Below the pieces are notes generated by a model, which was not told the origin of the DNA, ran no database searches, and was given only the letters and a program-made list of their open reading frames with translations. 15,507 nucleotides of DNA from a virus. Lineage: Duplodnaviria > Heunggongvirae > Uroviricota > Caudoviricetes. Of the stretch, positions 14,850-15,507 are shown piece after piece. The stretch covers positions 1 through 15,507 of IMG/VR virus record IMGVR_UViG_2563366806_000001; one strand, given 5' to 3'. A program made the translations under genes and the position numbers. Each line of letters begins with the position of its first letter. Within the stretch, counting starts at the first letter, position 1.

Positions 14850-15386
14850 TTACTGTGCCGCTTTGTTTAATTCATCAAGAACAGAATCAGGAACCAAAGC
14901 GGCAACTGCGCTGGCTGTGCTGACCTTATTTGCTGATGCTTCCGCAAGCGCGGTACCGATAGCATGGTTATAAGCAGTTATGGCTACGTTGGCGCTTTCA
15001 TTCGCTCGTTCATACTGCTGTTGTAACGCAGTTGTGGGCGTTGTTGTCTGGTTGAAAACAACCCCAAACTGTTCAGTTGCTACTTTCAGAGATTCAATTT
15101 GCTCTTCTGTTAGTGCTGGTGGGGGAGTGGCAGTGCCGCCGCCTGAACCAGAGCCTGACGAGCTTCCTGAGCCAGTATTAAGGGTCTGGTTAATCTCCCC
15201 CATAGCAGCGACTAAACTTGATGTATTAAGCGCGTTAACAGCGTCCTCAAGCGATTTAGTAATATTCACATCACCAATGGCAATAGAGATCGGCAGTTCT
15301 GAAACTTCTCGCTCATTAGCACGGCAGTAAACATCCCAACCAATATCGAGTTGAAGCAGCATTGACAGATCTGCATAACCAGCCAA
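14850..15386 (-). CDS. hypothetical protein with Gly/Ser-rich linker, 178 aa (start uncertain)
   Basis: ORF-track start is TTG (complement of 15384-15386) with no convincing SD. Internal linker TGSGSSSGSGSGGGTATPPP separates two Ala-rich segments. Same-frame stop upstream at 15474-15476. Confidence 0.45.
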   Translation of the reverse strand: MAGYADLSMLLQLDIGWDVYCRANEREVSELPISIAIGDVNITKSLEDAVNALNTSSLVAAMGEINQTLNTGSGSSSGSGSGGGTATPPPALTEEQIESLKVATEQFGVVFNQTTTPTTALQQQYERANESANVAITAYNHAIGTALAEASANKVSTASAVAALVPDSVLDELNKAAQ

Positions 15387-15507
15387 CAGGTCCGCGTGCT
15401 TAGTTGCCAGTTCTCCAATGTTCGTTAAGTCGGTTGTGGTTGTTCTTATCGTTGAAACGGTGATGCTGCCAACTTACTGATTTAGTGTATGATGGTGTTT
15501 TTGAGGT

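Noticed and set aside
14259-15330. Plus-strand ORFs 14259-14549 and 14980-15330
   Set aside because: Antisense to the lipoprotein/membrane protein genes and to the 178-aa ORF; no signals.

Overview
This window reads as a segment of a P1-family phage-plasmid, judged from sequence inspection and recalled family knowledge only; no searches were run. On the plus strand: a KilAC-domain (antirepressor-like) ORF, then a C1-operator-like site in front of the kilA-repL lytic replicon. Downstream of repL is an intact hok/mok/sok-type type I toxin-antitoxin locus (Hok is 51 aa and absent from the ORF track) whose 3' GC-rich hairpin has been hit by a complete IS186 (1338 bp, perfect 23-bp inverted repeats, 11-bp target duplication). 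On the minus strand, convergent with these, is a late morphogenesis operon: putative major head precursor, tail sheath, an unusual acidic/basic protein, two small structural proteins, and a terminator. It is followed by a P1-type plasmid maintenance block: parS-like site, parB, parA with an inverted-repeat operator, nine incA-like iterons, repA, five incC-like iterons, and an oriR-like origin with GATC repeats and DnaA boxes. Beyond the origin lie a Cys/His-rich hypothetical, an overlapping lipoprotein/type-II membrane protein pair that looks like an o-spanin/i-spanin couple, and a hypothetical with a Gly/Ser linker. Most interesting are the IS186-split hok locus, the spanin-like pair sitting next to the replicon, the charge-segregated late-operon protein, and the duplicated KilAC module. 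Functional names for the structural genes are tentative.
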